64,000 bases of DNA from Carcharhinus amblyrhynchos (GCA_965287045.1 CBDIYR020000010.1:1550001-1614000); one strand, 5' to 3'; counted from the stretch's first letter, positions 51,245-63,394 are shown. Program-made: numbers and translations. Notes: generated by a model not told the origin, from the sequence alone.

Positions 51245-52045
51245 ATGCCTATATTGATTGGCTGGTATATTGGGCAGATATGTGGCAAATGGAGTTTAAT
51301 CCTGATAAATGTGAGGTGATGCACTTTAGCAGAAATAATGTAGGGGGGAGTTATATGATAAAGGGTACGCCTATAAAGAGTATAGAAACCCAGCGGGACC
51401 TGCGGGTGCAAGTGCACAAGTCTTTGAAGGTGGCAGTACAAGTGGAGAAGGCTGTGTAGAACGTTAATGGTGTGTTAGCCTTTATTGGAAGGAGTATAGC
51501 ATATAAGAGCTGGAGTCTAATGTTGCAGTTGTATAGAACGTTGGTTAGTCCGCATTTGGAGTGCTGCGTCCAGTTCTGGTCGCCTTACTACCGGAGGGAC
51601 GTGGAGGCTCTGGAGAGAGTGCAGAGGAGGTTTACCAGGATGTTGCCAGCTATGGAAGGACTGGGTTATGAGGAACGATTGAGCAAATTGTGGCTGTTTT
51701 CCCTTGAAAGAAGGCGACTGAGGGGGGGATCGAATAGAGGTATATAAGATTATGAAGGGTACAGATAGAGTAAACAGAGGGAAGCTATTTCCCATGTTAG
51801 AGACACACAGTACGAGGGGCCAGGGTTTAGGGTGAGGGGGGAGGGGTTTAACACGGATATTGGAGGGAGGTTTTTCACACAGAGGGTAGTGGGGGTATGG
51901 AATGCTCTGCCAAGTAAGGTGGTGGAGGCAGGGACGCTGGAGTTGTTTAAGAGTCACTTAGACAGGCACATGAGTGGGCTGGAGACGGGAGGATATAGGA
52001 GATTGTTTTAAATAAGGTTCATTAGCATTGGGACGTCCCTGGTCA
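51245..52045 (+). mobile_element. CR1 LINE fragment at the B2 5' breakpoint
   Basis: WQMEFNPDKCEVMH and LYRTLVSPHLECCVQFWSP; same subfamily as 11486-12340. Confidence 0.9.
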
Positions 52046-55000
52046 TGTAAAAGGATTTTGAATGATACGAATGTTTTTCTCTTTTAGTTCACAGGTTTTA
52101 CGTCGGTCCGCCTTGTTGTCCAACGAGGGGCATACACGCGATGGGTCGTACTTGGGCTGCTCTTGGTTCTTCGACATTGGCCTTGTGCTTCATGTCGTTA
52201 GTGTGCGCTTAAACTGGACCAGATGCTGGGCAAGACGACAGCTCAGTGACTATCACTGATTGCTGTGCAGACACATGGATTTGGGCCGGTGTCTGTGGGA
52301 GTTTGTACATTCTGCCCCTGCTTGCGTGGGCTTTCTCCGGGTAGTCCGGTTTCCTCCCACACACCAAAGATGTGCTATTAGGCTGATTGGCAGTAATAAA
52401 TTGTCCCTAAATTAGTTTCCCCCAGTGTGGATGGCCATAAAACAATAGATAAGTGTCAGGGGTGGGGGGTGGGGGGGGGCGGCGGTGACTGGTAGTGTTA
52501 AAATAGCGGCGCGGGCTCGTTGGGCCGAAGTGCCTGTTTCCCCGGCTCTTTTGTTCTTTGTTCTTTGTTTACATGTTTTGCTTAGTTTCATCTGCGCTGT
52601 TTAAAATATAGATACCTACATGCGTGATTTGCTCCCATTGGAAAAACTTTCTCGAATCATTAGTTGCATCTTTTCTGTTAACCCACTGTTCCCATCGCCT
52701 GCAGCATTCCCTGGGCTTGGAAAACCTCCAACGCGTCCTGCAGTGCAACTGAATGATCGATCCAAACTGAGACGAGTGAACAAGAAACACTTAATGTCCG
52801 CTGGAGTCATACACTTAATCTTGTTCCTATTTGATAATGAGAGAATCTCCGTGTTCTGTATCTGGACATCGTGTTTGCAAACATTGAAAACACCCTTACG
52901 CGATTCCCTAGTACACCTTACTCCTCAGGGGAAAAAATGCAGTCATGCTGTATAAATATTCTGTCGACAACATTGCCTCAATATTTATTCCTGGAGTATC
53001 GAGCAATGAACACGATTTAAAGAGATTCGACGCCTGTTTAGATGTCTGTAAGGTTCCGAATGTCTGAAAACGCGATTTAGAACAAAGAACAACACAGCAC
53101 AGGAAACAGGCCCTTCGGCCCTACAAGCCGGCGCCGCACATTTTAACACTCAGTGAGTGCCTCATTCCAATCTTTCTTCTACCTACGACTTTTGCCTACA
53201 TCTCTTGGATTCCACAATAAAGGGGTGCAAATTTAATGAACAACAAGGCTGCAAATGTTTGCTTGGGTCAGAACATGAACGGGTCCAGTTCGATAGTTAT
53301 ATGCATCCAGCATGAAAACATTTGCATCCTTTTGAATATATCTTCATTCATTACTTTTTTTTTGCAGGAAACAGAATGTAATAATGTGTTTGGGGTGAAT
53401 TCAACGCAATTTTCTGCTATCCGCTGACGGGGGCGAGGTATAATTCGGATGTTAGAGGGAGGTTTTTCACACAGAGGGTAGTGGGGGTGTGGAATGCTCT
53501 GCCAAGCAAGGTGGTGGAGGCAAACACGTTGGAGTTGTTTAAGAGTCACTTAGACAGGCACATGAGCGGGATGGAGATAGAGGGATGTAGAAGACTATTT
53601 TAAATCAGGTTCATGGGCCTTGGGACGTCCCTGGGAATGTATAAGGACGTGGATGATACTGATGTTTTTGGAGCAGAACGTCCAGGTGGATATATTGGTG
53701 AATGTTTCCCGTGAACGATTCTGATCAGCTGCAAATTATTCATTTTTTCACCATGAAATTCTATTTTTAACGGAAGTAAGCATTGGCTGAACTTTCTACC
53801 TGACTCACTACCTCAGTGGTTCCACCCCTGCAAATGAGCGACACTAATAGAGGACTGGTGAAGACACAGACCTGCAACGAGATGCTGCAACATTCAGGGT
53901 GATAGAAAGTTGCCGGGCTGCGGTCACACAGGGAACCGGAAGACCTGGTGAACATGTACATTTTGCAGACACAGCGTGCTGCGGTGAGAATTGCGCAGTA
54001 AAAATATCAGAGCAGGGTGACTTGTTGTTGAGCATTTCCTGTTTATCGATGTAGAGGCCGCGCAGAGCTCAGTCTATAACGAGAAACACCTACGAGCTTG
54101 TGCTAAACACGTGATCAGACTGATCTAAACTGTGTTGAACAGAAAATGTGGCTGAATTCAGCAACATGACAGTTTGTCAAATTCAAAGAACAAAGAACAA
54201 CTAAACGGGGGACTGAGCAAATTGCACACTCTTGGACTGTGTCAGCTGAGGGCTGGATGGGCTAGGGTCGTTTACCTTCGAGCAGAGAAGGTTGAGGGAG
54301 GAACTGATGGATGGTTAAAAAAAATATGAGCGGCATAGATAGGATGGATAGGAAGGAACTTTTCACCAGAGCAGAGGGCTCAATACCCAGCCTGGGACAT
54401 TGATTTAAACTAAAGAACATGTGGTTTACAGCAGATGCGATTAAAAAAAGGTTTCCACAAAGAACATAGAACATTACAGCGCAGTACAGGCCCTTCGGCC
54501 CTCGATGTTGCGCCGACCAGTGGAACCAATCTAATGACCCTCTAACCCAGACTATTCCAATGTTATCTATACGCCTATCCATTGACCATTTTCCGCATTA
54601 AACTCTATCTGCCACCTCTCGGCCCAGGTCTGCAGCTTATCTTTGTCCCGCTGCAAACTGTAACATCCATCCTCACTGCCTGCAACTCCTCTGACCTTGG
54701 TGTCGTCAGCAAATTTACTAATCCATCCTTCTACACCCTCATCTAGATCATTTATAAAAATGACAAGCAACAGTGGCCCCGAAACAGATCCCTGAGGTAT
54801 ACCACTTGTAACTGATCTCCAGGTTAAATATTTCCCGTCAACCACCACCCTCTGTCTTCTATCAGCTAGCCAATGCCTGATCCAAACTGCTAAATCAGAG
54901 GGTAATAGGAATGTGGAAGTCATTGCCTGAGAGGATGGTAAAGGTGGGAACGGTCACAATATTTAAGAAGTATTGAGATGAACACTTTATACGTCTGAGT

Positions 55001-55801
55001 ATGGAAGAGTAGGGAGTTTGTGGCATTTGAGTTTTTTAGGTTAATAGTCTCACGAAAATACCACTTTCGATAAATCAGGTCAGAGCTGGCGAGGAAATGA
55101 CAAGGATTGAGAAGATGATCCAGATGCTGCAGATCACAAATCGAAATTCGTTATTTCTTCCGTAACATTGCACTCATCCTATTGTTTTGAAATGTATGGT
55201 TTATGTTAAATACAAACACAAACTCATTGTGTAAAATTATGATGAAAACATTGGAAATTCAATGCATTGCAATCTGGGCCCATCTGTCATTGAATTCCAA
55301 ATCGATAAATCATCAAACCTCTCACACCTGAAGCATTGACAAACATCTGAATTCTGGACGGATTGTGTCAGTTCAACAGAAATCGCAGCATCACAAAGAT
55401 TACATTTCGTTTTAAGTTTATTGTTGATCAAGATCAAGACAAAGCATCGTTGTAAAAATAGAATCATTAATTGGTAGTCACGCATTGACATTTACAAAGA
55501 GAATTTGTACATTTCCTGTGAGTAACCTGAACGATACGATCAGCAGAAACTTTCCAGAGAAACTCAGGAAATTTTCTGAGCATTGTTGGAAGTTTTGCCT
55601 ACAGCTGAAGGACACTATTCCTGTGAAAAACCCTAAACTCAATTTCCAATCATTTACAATGAACGCTGGAGGCAAAAATTGATGGATGCGCGAGGATAGG
55701 ATAACTGTTTGAAGGGGGTCTCATTGGCTCCATGGTTACGTCCATGAGGCTGTGGAATTTTCGGGAAATTCTGCCCCCTCCAGAACTCATGGTTTGGATC
55801 C

Positions 55802-55876
55802 TTATTTTCGATCCGCCTTCTTTTTTGATCTCTTTTCCAAGGCGGCCAAATCCAGGGAGGCTTATGTCAGTCTACT
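55802..55876 (-). pseudogene. Gene B3 terminal exon with the ITIM tyrosine replaced by a stop (SRLT*ASLDLAALEKRSKKKADRK*)
   Basis: TGTTTCAG acceptor, phase 0. TAA at 55862-55864 aligns with TAC (Tyr) in the B1 paralog. Confidence 0.62.
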
Positions 55877-55934
55877 CTGAAACATTAACAAATTATAGAA
55901 TGACCAAAGGAAGCAATAGATTCCCTGCAGTGCA

Positions 55935-56408
55935 GAACATAGAACATAGAACATAGTCGGCGCAGTTCAGGCCCTTCGGCCCTCGATGTTGCGCCGACCA
56001 GTGGAACCAATCGAATGACCCTCGAACCTAAACTATTCCAATGTTATCGATATGCCTATCCACTGACCGTCTGAATGCCCTTAAAGTTGGCGAGTCCACA
56101 ACTGCTGCAGACAGGGCATTCCACACCCTTACTACCCTCTGAGTAAAGATTCTACCTCTAACATCCGTCCTATAACTACCACCCCTTAATTTAAAGCTAT
56201 GTCCCCTCCTGTTAGCCATCACCATCCGAGAAAAAAGACTCGCACTGTCCACCCTATCTAACCGTCTGAACATCTTGTATACCTCAATTAGGTCATCTCT
56301 GAACCTTCTTCTCTCTAATGAAAATAACCTCAAGCCCCTCAGCCTTTCCTCATAAGACCTTCTCACCATACCAGGCAACATCCTGGTAAACCTCCTCTGC
56401 ACCCTTTC
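55935..56408 (-). mobile_element. CR1 LINE 3' end, ~60 nt from the B3 terminal-exon acceptor
   Basis: RVQRRFTRMLPG...FTQRVVRVWNAL. Empty site at ~19010. Confidence 0.9.
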
Positions 56409-58137
56409 TCTGGAAGGAAGCATTCGGCCCATAAATATTTGAGATGACACCGAACCTCAAAACAACATAAAATCATAGAATCCTCCTGCTTAGATAGAAA
56501 CTATTCGGCCCAATGAATCCACGTTGGATGTTTGGAAGGGCAATCTACCTTTTATTCACCCGTGGAACGTGGGTATCGCTGGCTTTGCGCATTCTTCGTT
56601 GTGTTTATTTAGAGAGCATTGAGAGTCAACCATCAGACTGAGGCCCTGAAGTTTCACGTAGGCCAGGCTAGATAAGAATGGCATATTGACTTTACAATAG
56701 TGTACCTCACGTGTTTTTCCAAGAATGGTTTCTTCTTCATCTGTGGATTCTTAATTCCAGATTTTTATTTTTCGCTGAATATAAAATCCGCCCTCTGGCA
56801 TTGCTGGGTTAGAGCACGATCCTCAGAACATGAGCTAAATTTATGGATTAATCTTCTCGCGATAAGGCCGCAAGGTCATAATATCCCATTTAGTCCAAAC
56901 TTCACCTCAACTTTCTTCATAATGCTTATCAATGTTCTTTCCAACAAGCAGTTATCCAATTTCCTTTCAAAGTGTTTGTTGATGCCGCTTCCAGTGGCCT
57001 CTATCTCAATTGCAAAATAAATGTCTTAATGCGTCCGTGGAAGAATTAGTCAGTAATTCCTCCATCGTGGGCGGCACGGTAGCATCGTGGTTAGCATTGC
57101 TGCTTCACAGCTCCAGGACACACAGACTCAGACACACTTACACATAGAAACAAAGAGGCGCACAGAAACACACACACACACACACAAAGTACAGGAAGTG
57201 TTCACTCATCCGCTGGCTCCCTCAAACACATAGCCTCTCTTTCTCTCCCTGAGTCTCCCCCTCACGCACACAAACATCTACCCGTCCCGCTCAACATAGA
57301 CATAATCTCTCACCGAGAAAGATGCACAGAAAGAGTATCTCACAATCTCTCACACACACAAACTCTCAACAACACAGAAACAGAGAGATATACATAGAAT
57401 CTCTCAAGCACACAGGCTCAAGCCAGCACATATATAGAATCCTACGGTACAGCATGAGGTCATTCGGTCCATCCAGTCTGCACCACAATCACACTCAGGC
57501 CCTATCCCCATGCATTTACTCCAGCTAGTCCGCCTGACACTAAGGGCAATTCAGCATAGCCAACCCACCTAACCCGCACAACTTTGGACGCTGAGAGGAA
57601 ACTGGAGCACCCGGAGGAAACCCATGCAGGCCCGGGGAGAACGTGCAACCTCCACAGAGACAGTGACCCAAGCCGAGGATTGAACCTGTGTCCCTGACAC
57701 TTAGAAGGAGCATTGTTAACCACGATCTCACTGTAAACATAACCCCAGCAATTAAAACATTTCCAACTGTGCGCGGATGGGAAAAAACCTGGAACTGAGT
57801 GAGGGAGAATTAGACCCACCGCAAAAAAAATAAAGTGAAAGAAAAGACGCAGAAATCTGGCAATCAGCAATGAAAACTGCTGGAAATCCGCAGCAACGTC
57901 TGTCCGAGGTATTGTAACCGGAACATTAACTCAATCGCTGTATGATCATTTGGAAGAGCCGCAAAGATACATGTTCTGGTTCCAAAGTGTGGACGGGTGT
58001 GATTTGGTTACAATTAGATGTTTCAGACAGTGAGCTCCTCGCTGACAGCCGCATGAACTATCCCAGATGGGACATCCTGCAACTTATTCCAAAATCCAAT
58101 TTCCTCAATGATATTAAAATATTTGCAAAGCGCTTAC

Positions 58138-58187
58138 CTGATCTGCACAGTCTTGTGTTCCCTTTCCATATGTTTGGCGATAGTTAT
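58138..58187 (-). CDS. Gene B3 exon 7, cytoplasmic (DNYRQTYGKGTQDCADQ)
   Basis: TTTGTTACACAG acceptor and CAG|GTAAGC donor; phase 1 to 0, in frame with exon 6. Confidence 0.75.
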
Positions 58188-58687
58188 CTGTGTAACAAAG
58201 TGAAAGGTATCAATTTAGGAAAGCAGTTAGGAAGTCAAAGAACAAAAAACAACACAGCACAGGAAACAGGCCCTTCGGCCCAACAAGCCCGCGTCGCCAT
58301 TTTAACACTCAGTGAGTGCCGCATTCCAATCCTTCTTCGACCTATGTCTTTTACCTACGCCTCTTGGACTCCACAATCGAGGGGTGCAAAATTAGAGAAT
58401 ATGAAGGGAGATCCAATTTAGGGACAATTTGTTAACACCAATCAGCATAAAAGCTCCTTTTTGGGTTGTGGGAGGAAATCGGAGACCCGGAGAAAACCCT
58501 CGCAAACGCGGGGAGAATGTGTAAACTCCACACAGGCAGTGACCCGAGCCGGGAAATCGAACCCAGGTCCATGGAGCTTTGAAGCAGCAGTGCTAACCAC
58601 TGTGCTACCGTGCCGCCCACGGCAAAGTCTCTATGATTTATCTGTTCACTGATATTGAATCTTTGCAAACATTTGGATGTAACTTAC

Positions 58688-58740
58688 CCGTTTGTCTCTC
58701 TTTCCGCTGCCCTTTGCGTTGCCTTTCTCTCAAGGTAAAA
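58688..58740 (-). CDS. Gene B3 exon 6, basic cytoplasmic exon (SFTLRERQRKGQRKERQT)
   Basis: TGCAG acceptor and G|GTAAGT donor; 53 nt, phase 2 to 1. Confidence 0.78.
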
Positions 58741-58940
58741 CTGCATCAGAAAATTAATAAAGTTAAACAGGTGTTATATCCTGCAAATCCTGGCCCACAA
58801 ATATTTGAGAGAATGGATACTCTTTGCTAAAATATGGAAAACGTCATCACGTACCATTGGAATAAGTAGAGGTTTTGAACTGTGTTTAACAGGATATTAT
58901 ATACAGAGAGATGAACTTTGAAAATGGCCCAGTTACTCAC

Positions 58941-58971
58941 CTTTCATTCCCGGCTCCCTCCGCTCGCTCTC
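58941..58971 (-). CDS. Gene B3 exon 5, cytoplasmic (GERAEGAGNE)
   Basis: 31 nt with TTTCAG acceptor and GTGAGT donor. Confidence 0.8.
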
Positions 58972-59065
58972 CTGAAACAAGACACTGTGATCAGTAATTT
59001 AAACCTTCGAGGGGAGTCACATTGGATGAACAGTAATGATATTCCTACTGAACATTATTCCTCAC

Positions 59066-59167
59066 CTGATCTCCCTCTCCTCCAAATGGAAATGGAGAGG
59101 AGGACAAAAACGATAATCGGGATCACCAGGATTCTTACCGCAATGGAAAGTTCCAGATTGCACCATC
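59066..59167 (-). CDS. Gene B3 exon 4, stalk Cys plus TM with Arg (GWCNLELSIAVRILVIPIIVFVLLSISIWRRGRS)
   Basis: TTTCTCTCCACAG acceptor, 102 nt, G|GTGAGG donor. Confidence 0.9.
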
Positions 59168-61116
59168 CTGTGGAGAGAAAACTATTAGAAATTGCTGCTG
59201 GGTCAAATAAATCTTTCCGCGTTGCTGGGACGGGAAGCTGAACGCAGACACTCTAACCATTGCCTCTCGACATTGTGTTATATCCATAACTGAATCACCA
59301 TTGACATTTGTTTCGATTATCATTGATCAAAACTCAACTGGAATCCCCACTTAAACAGAATGGCTCCAAAAGCAGCTCAGAGGCTGGGAATCCTGTGGTG
59401 AATAACTCACCTCCTGACTCCCCAAAGCCTGTTCACCATCTATAAAGCACAAGTCAAAAGTGTGATGGATTACCCCCCACTTGCCTGGTTGGGTGCAAGT
59501 CCAACAACGCGAAAGAAGCTTGAATCCATCAAGGGCCAGGCAGCCCGCTCGATTGGCGGCACATTCAGTCCCTCCACCAGCCGACGCTCCGAAGCAGCAG
59601 TGTGAACAAGGAACAATACAGCACGGGAAACAGGCCCCTGGGCCCAGTGAGCCCGAGCCGCCATTTTAACACTGTGCTTTTCCTCCTCCACCCTTGACCC
59701 ATGTCTATGCTTATGGTACCCCCATTGGAAACCAGATTAAGGGGAGAATAATTTAGGGACAATTTGTTAACCAATCAGCCTCAGAGCACATCTTTCGGGG
59801 GTGGGAGGAAACCGGAGCACCGGGAGGAAACCCACGCAACCAGAGGGAGAATGCGCATACTACCACAGACATTGGCCCAAATCCATGTATCTCCACAGCA
59901 AACAGTGATAGCCACTGAGCTGTCGTGGTGCCCATCTGCTGATCCAGTTTTAAGCGTACACTCACTGCAGCAACTCATCCTTAGGCCGCACCTTCCAAAC
60001 CTACGAACACTTCCGCCGAAAAGGACATGGGCAGCGGTTACATGGAAACACCACCACCTGCATTTTCCTCTCCAAACCACTCAATATTCCGACTTGGAAA
60101 CATATCGGCATTCTGACGCAGTTTTTGGGTCAAAATCCCAGAATTCCATCCCTAATGTCATTGTGGGCCAACCCACAGCACGTAGACTGCACCACATCTT
60201 TGAAATAACGATTGAAATACTGCCACACTATCTAACTTTCTTCACAGTTTTCCGCATTTCTCACGACCGAGTCCAAGTACAATTCCAGTTGTGAGATCTA
60301 TTGTTATAGATGTTTCCGTTGGCCATTCAGATGCGCTCTTAATCACAAGATCAAACAGTAATCATAATCGAAAAATGCAATTTATGCGTTGCTTTTGATC
60401 TTGATTTTAATGCGATTGGATTCCAGGTATTAGGAATTTATGATAAAACAGGTGCCAAACGGAAACTAGAGATTCTGGAGTGAGATGATGCATAATTGAA
60501 TTAATGCCTCAAAAGGGGGGAAAAAATCGAAAATACTTTCAATGCTTTCGTTTCTTGATTGCAAAGCTCATCCAGCGTCGCATTGACCTCAGCTGCGTTT
60601 GAAAATCCAATGTCTGAAAAGGGCGGTGGACGGAGATTCAATAAAAAAACTTTCATCCGGGAAAACAGACTCTGCCTTGGAGGGGAAAATTGACCGGATT
60701 CCGGGCGGCACAGTGCTTACCCCTGCTGCCTCACATTGCCAGAGAACATGGTTTGATTCCCGGCTTGGATCACTGTCTGTGCAGAGTCGGCGCGTTCTCC
60801 CACATCGGTGCTCGCCTCCTCCGGGCGTTCCAGTTTCCTCCAATTCTCCGAAGCCGAGCTGGTTGGCGGAATTGGACATGCTGAATTCTTCTTCAGTGCA
60901 CTCCAAGAGGCGCAGGAGTGTGGCGAATAGGGGATTTTCACAGCAATTTCATTGCAGCGTTAATGTAAGTATATTTGTGACATTAATAAATAATGCAGGT
61001 AAAATTGGAGCTCTCTCCTGTGTACCTAACAGACGTCAATTTCTGAATAGTTAGAACATTAACGCAACTGATTACAAGTTGAATTCAAACCATCATTGTG
61101 GAGATTAACAACTCAC

Positions 61117-61446
61117 CTGTCTCAGTTTCTGCTGCATTGGGGAACGACACACTCTCCGTCCAATATTTGGCTCGAATCCCCATTTGTACAATACAAGTAC
61201 CGACACCGCCACTTGTCCAGACTTGCCCCGACACCATGACACGACTTCTGATGCTGTAGGTCCCGTCCTCCTCCATTATCCCGGGATCACTCGATCCCTC
61301 AGTGACCAGGCCAGAAATATTCCAGAAAATAGCAATCTGGTTGGAAGAAACTCCACTTACCAAACACACTAAGGACACATGATCATTCACATCCGGCTCA
61401 CCCGGCGGGACTAATACCTGCACAGCCGTCTTGTTGGTGGAACTGT
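61117..61446 (-). CDS. Gene B3 exon 3, C1-set domain
   Basis: Paralog of 29210-29539; open frame, CCAG acceptor and GTGAGT donor. Confidence 0.93.
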
Positions 61447-61538
61447 CTGGACAGATATTGGGACACAATTAACAATTAATTTACACAAAAAAGATAATGT
61501 TGTGCCGTACTCTGAGTGAATTTCACTTGCTCTCTTAC

Positions 61539-61868
61539 CTCCAACCAGGAGTGTGGTTCCTTTCCGGATCAGTGCAGACCGAGTATATACACAGTAGTAG
61601 GAACCAGAGTCACGCGTCTGGACATTGCGAATTTTCAGAATCAACACATTCCCTGGATTGGCTTTTTCAAAACTAAACCTACAGTTTGTCCAAGTACAGG
61701 GCGTAGTGTCTATTAGTGTCGGGGCTTCACCCAGCCGCTGTTGGTACCACGCATAATTGGACACCAAATCCACTTCTTGAGTGTCATGACAGGGTAATCC
61801 CACCGTTTGGCCCACTTCAGCTGTCATTGTGAAGGGGATCTGAGACAGAGAGGACTCGGATTCTGTAA
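61539..61868 (-). CDS. Gene B3 exon 2, joined V-J-like domain
   Basis: Motifs LPC, WYQQRLGEAP, DSGSYYC and IRKGTTLLVG. 330 nt, intact splice sites. Confidence 0.93.
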
Positions 61869-62447
61869 CTAGAGAGATTATTGTGACATAAAAACTGACT
61901 ATTGAAATATCTGAAGTCTCTAAACATCAAATCGCCTCGAATTGTAATTTATTTTATTAATGCCAGAAGTGCATTAACACTGTAATGATGTTACGGCGAA
62001 AATCCTCCATTCTCCACACTGCGGCACCTGTTCGGATACACTGAGGGAGAATTGTTAGCACCTCCAATGCACCAATTGGCACCACTTTTGGATTGTGGGA
62101 GCAAACTGGAGCGATGGGAGGAAACCCACGCAGACGGGGAGAGGACATGGACATTCCACACAGACAGTGACCCGAACCAGGTATCGAACCCGGTTCTCTG
62201 GCGCTGTGAGGCAGCAGTGTTATCCACTGCACAATCTCATTATTCTTTGTAATACTTACTTTCGTTATACTTATACTTCGGTCGTTATACTTATTTTCTT
62301 CGCTTCATGGGTGGAACTGACAAATGAACTTTATGACCAGTTCAAATGCCTTCACCTGAACACTGGCTCACGCTTTCGGCTTAGAAAAAGCTCATTCTGG
62401 TTTATAAAATTGATTCCGATTAAAGTTCCCACCCGCCTCTTACTCAC

Positions 62448-62502
62448 AGTGAAACCTCAGGATTTGGAAAATGATTATCAGAGATAGAGATTCTTCGGCC
62501 AT
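62448..62502 (-). CDS. Gene B3 exon 1, signal peptide (MAEESLSLIIIFQILRFH)
   Basis: Paralog of 30524-30578 with GTGAGT donor. Confidence 0.85.
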
Positions 62503-62587
62503 CCTGATAGAAATGTCCTTGTGTTGTGTCTCACGGGCTTGCTTCTCTTGACAGTGTAGAGACAATGACGTGGTCTGCATCCCATTC

Positions 62588-63394
62588 ATAGAACATAGAA
62601 CATAGAACATTACAGCGCAGAACAGGCCCTTCGGCCCACGATGTTGCGCCGACCAGTTAAACAAAAAACAACAACAATGACCCACTAACCTAAACCAATC
62701 CCTTTTCGTCCATAAACCTGTCCACAGACCTCTTAAACGCCCCCAAACTAGGCGCATTTACAACTGCAGCAGGCAGGGCATTCCAATCCCTCACCACCCT
62801 CTGGGTAAAGAACCTACCCCTGACATCTGTCCTATAACTACCCCCCCTTACTTTAAAGCCATGCCCCCTCGTGCTAGATTTTTCCATCAGAGGAAAAAGG
62901 ATATCACTATCCACACTATCTAAACCTCTAATCATCTTATATGTTTCAATAAGATCCCCTCTTAGCCGCCTTCTTTCCAGCGAAAACAACCCCAAATCCC
63001 TCAGCCTCTCCTCATAGGATCTCCCCTCCATACCAGGCAACATCCTGGTAAACCTCCTCTGCACCCTCTCCAAAGCCTCCACATCCTTCCTGTAATGTGG
63101 GGACCAGAACTGCACACAATACTCCAAGTGCGGCCGCACCAGAGTTGTGTACAGTTGCAACATAACGCTGCGGCTCCTAAATTCAATCCCCCTACCAATA
63201 AACGCCAAGACACTGTATGCCTTCTTAACAACCTTATCTACTTGATTCCCAACTTTCAGGGATCGATGTACACATACACCTAGATCCCTCTGCTCCTCCA
63301 CTCTATTCAAAGTCTTCCCGTTAGCCCTATACTCAACACACCTGTTATTCCTACCAAAGTGAATTACCTCACATTTCTCTGCATTAAACTCCAA
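62588..63394 (-). mobile_element. Young CR1 LINE 3' end in the B3 promoter/5' region
   Basis: Uninterrupted 234-aa RT C-terminal ORF with tail. Empty site at ~30664 upstream of B1. Confidence 0.94.

Noticed and set aside
58023-58076. Alternative terminal exon DVPSGIVHAAVSEELTV* (B1 ~22981-23046), with IVHAAV resembling a Tyr-to-His ITIM
   Set aside because: Needs a 61-nt intron with a purine-rich acceptor, and both copies have His; not supportable without cDNA.
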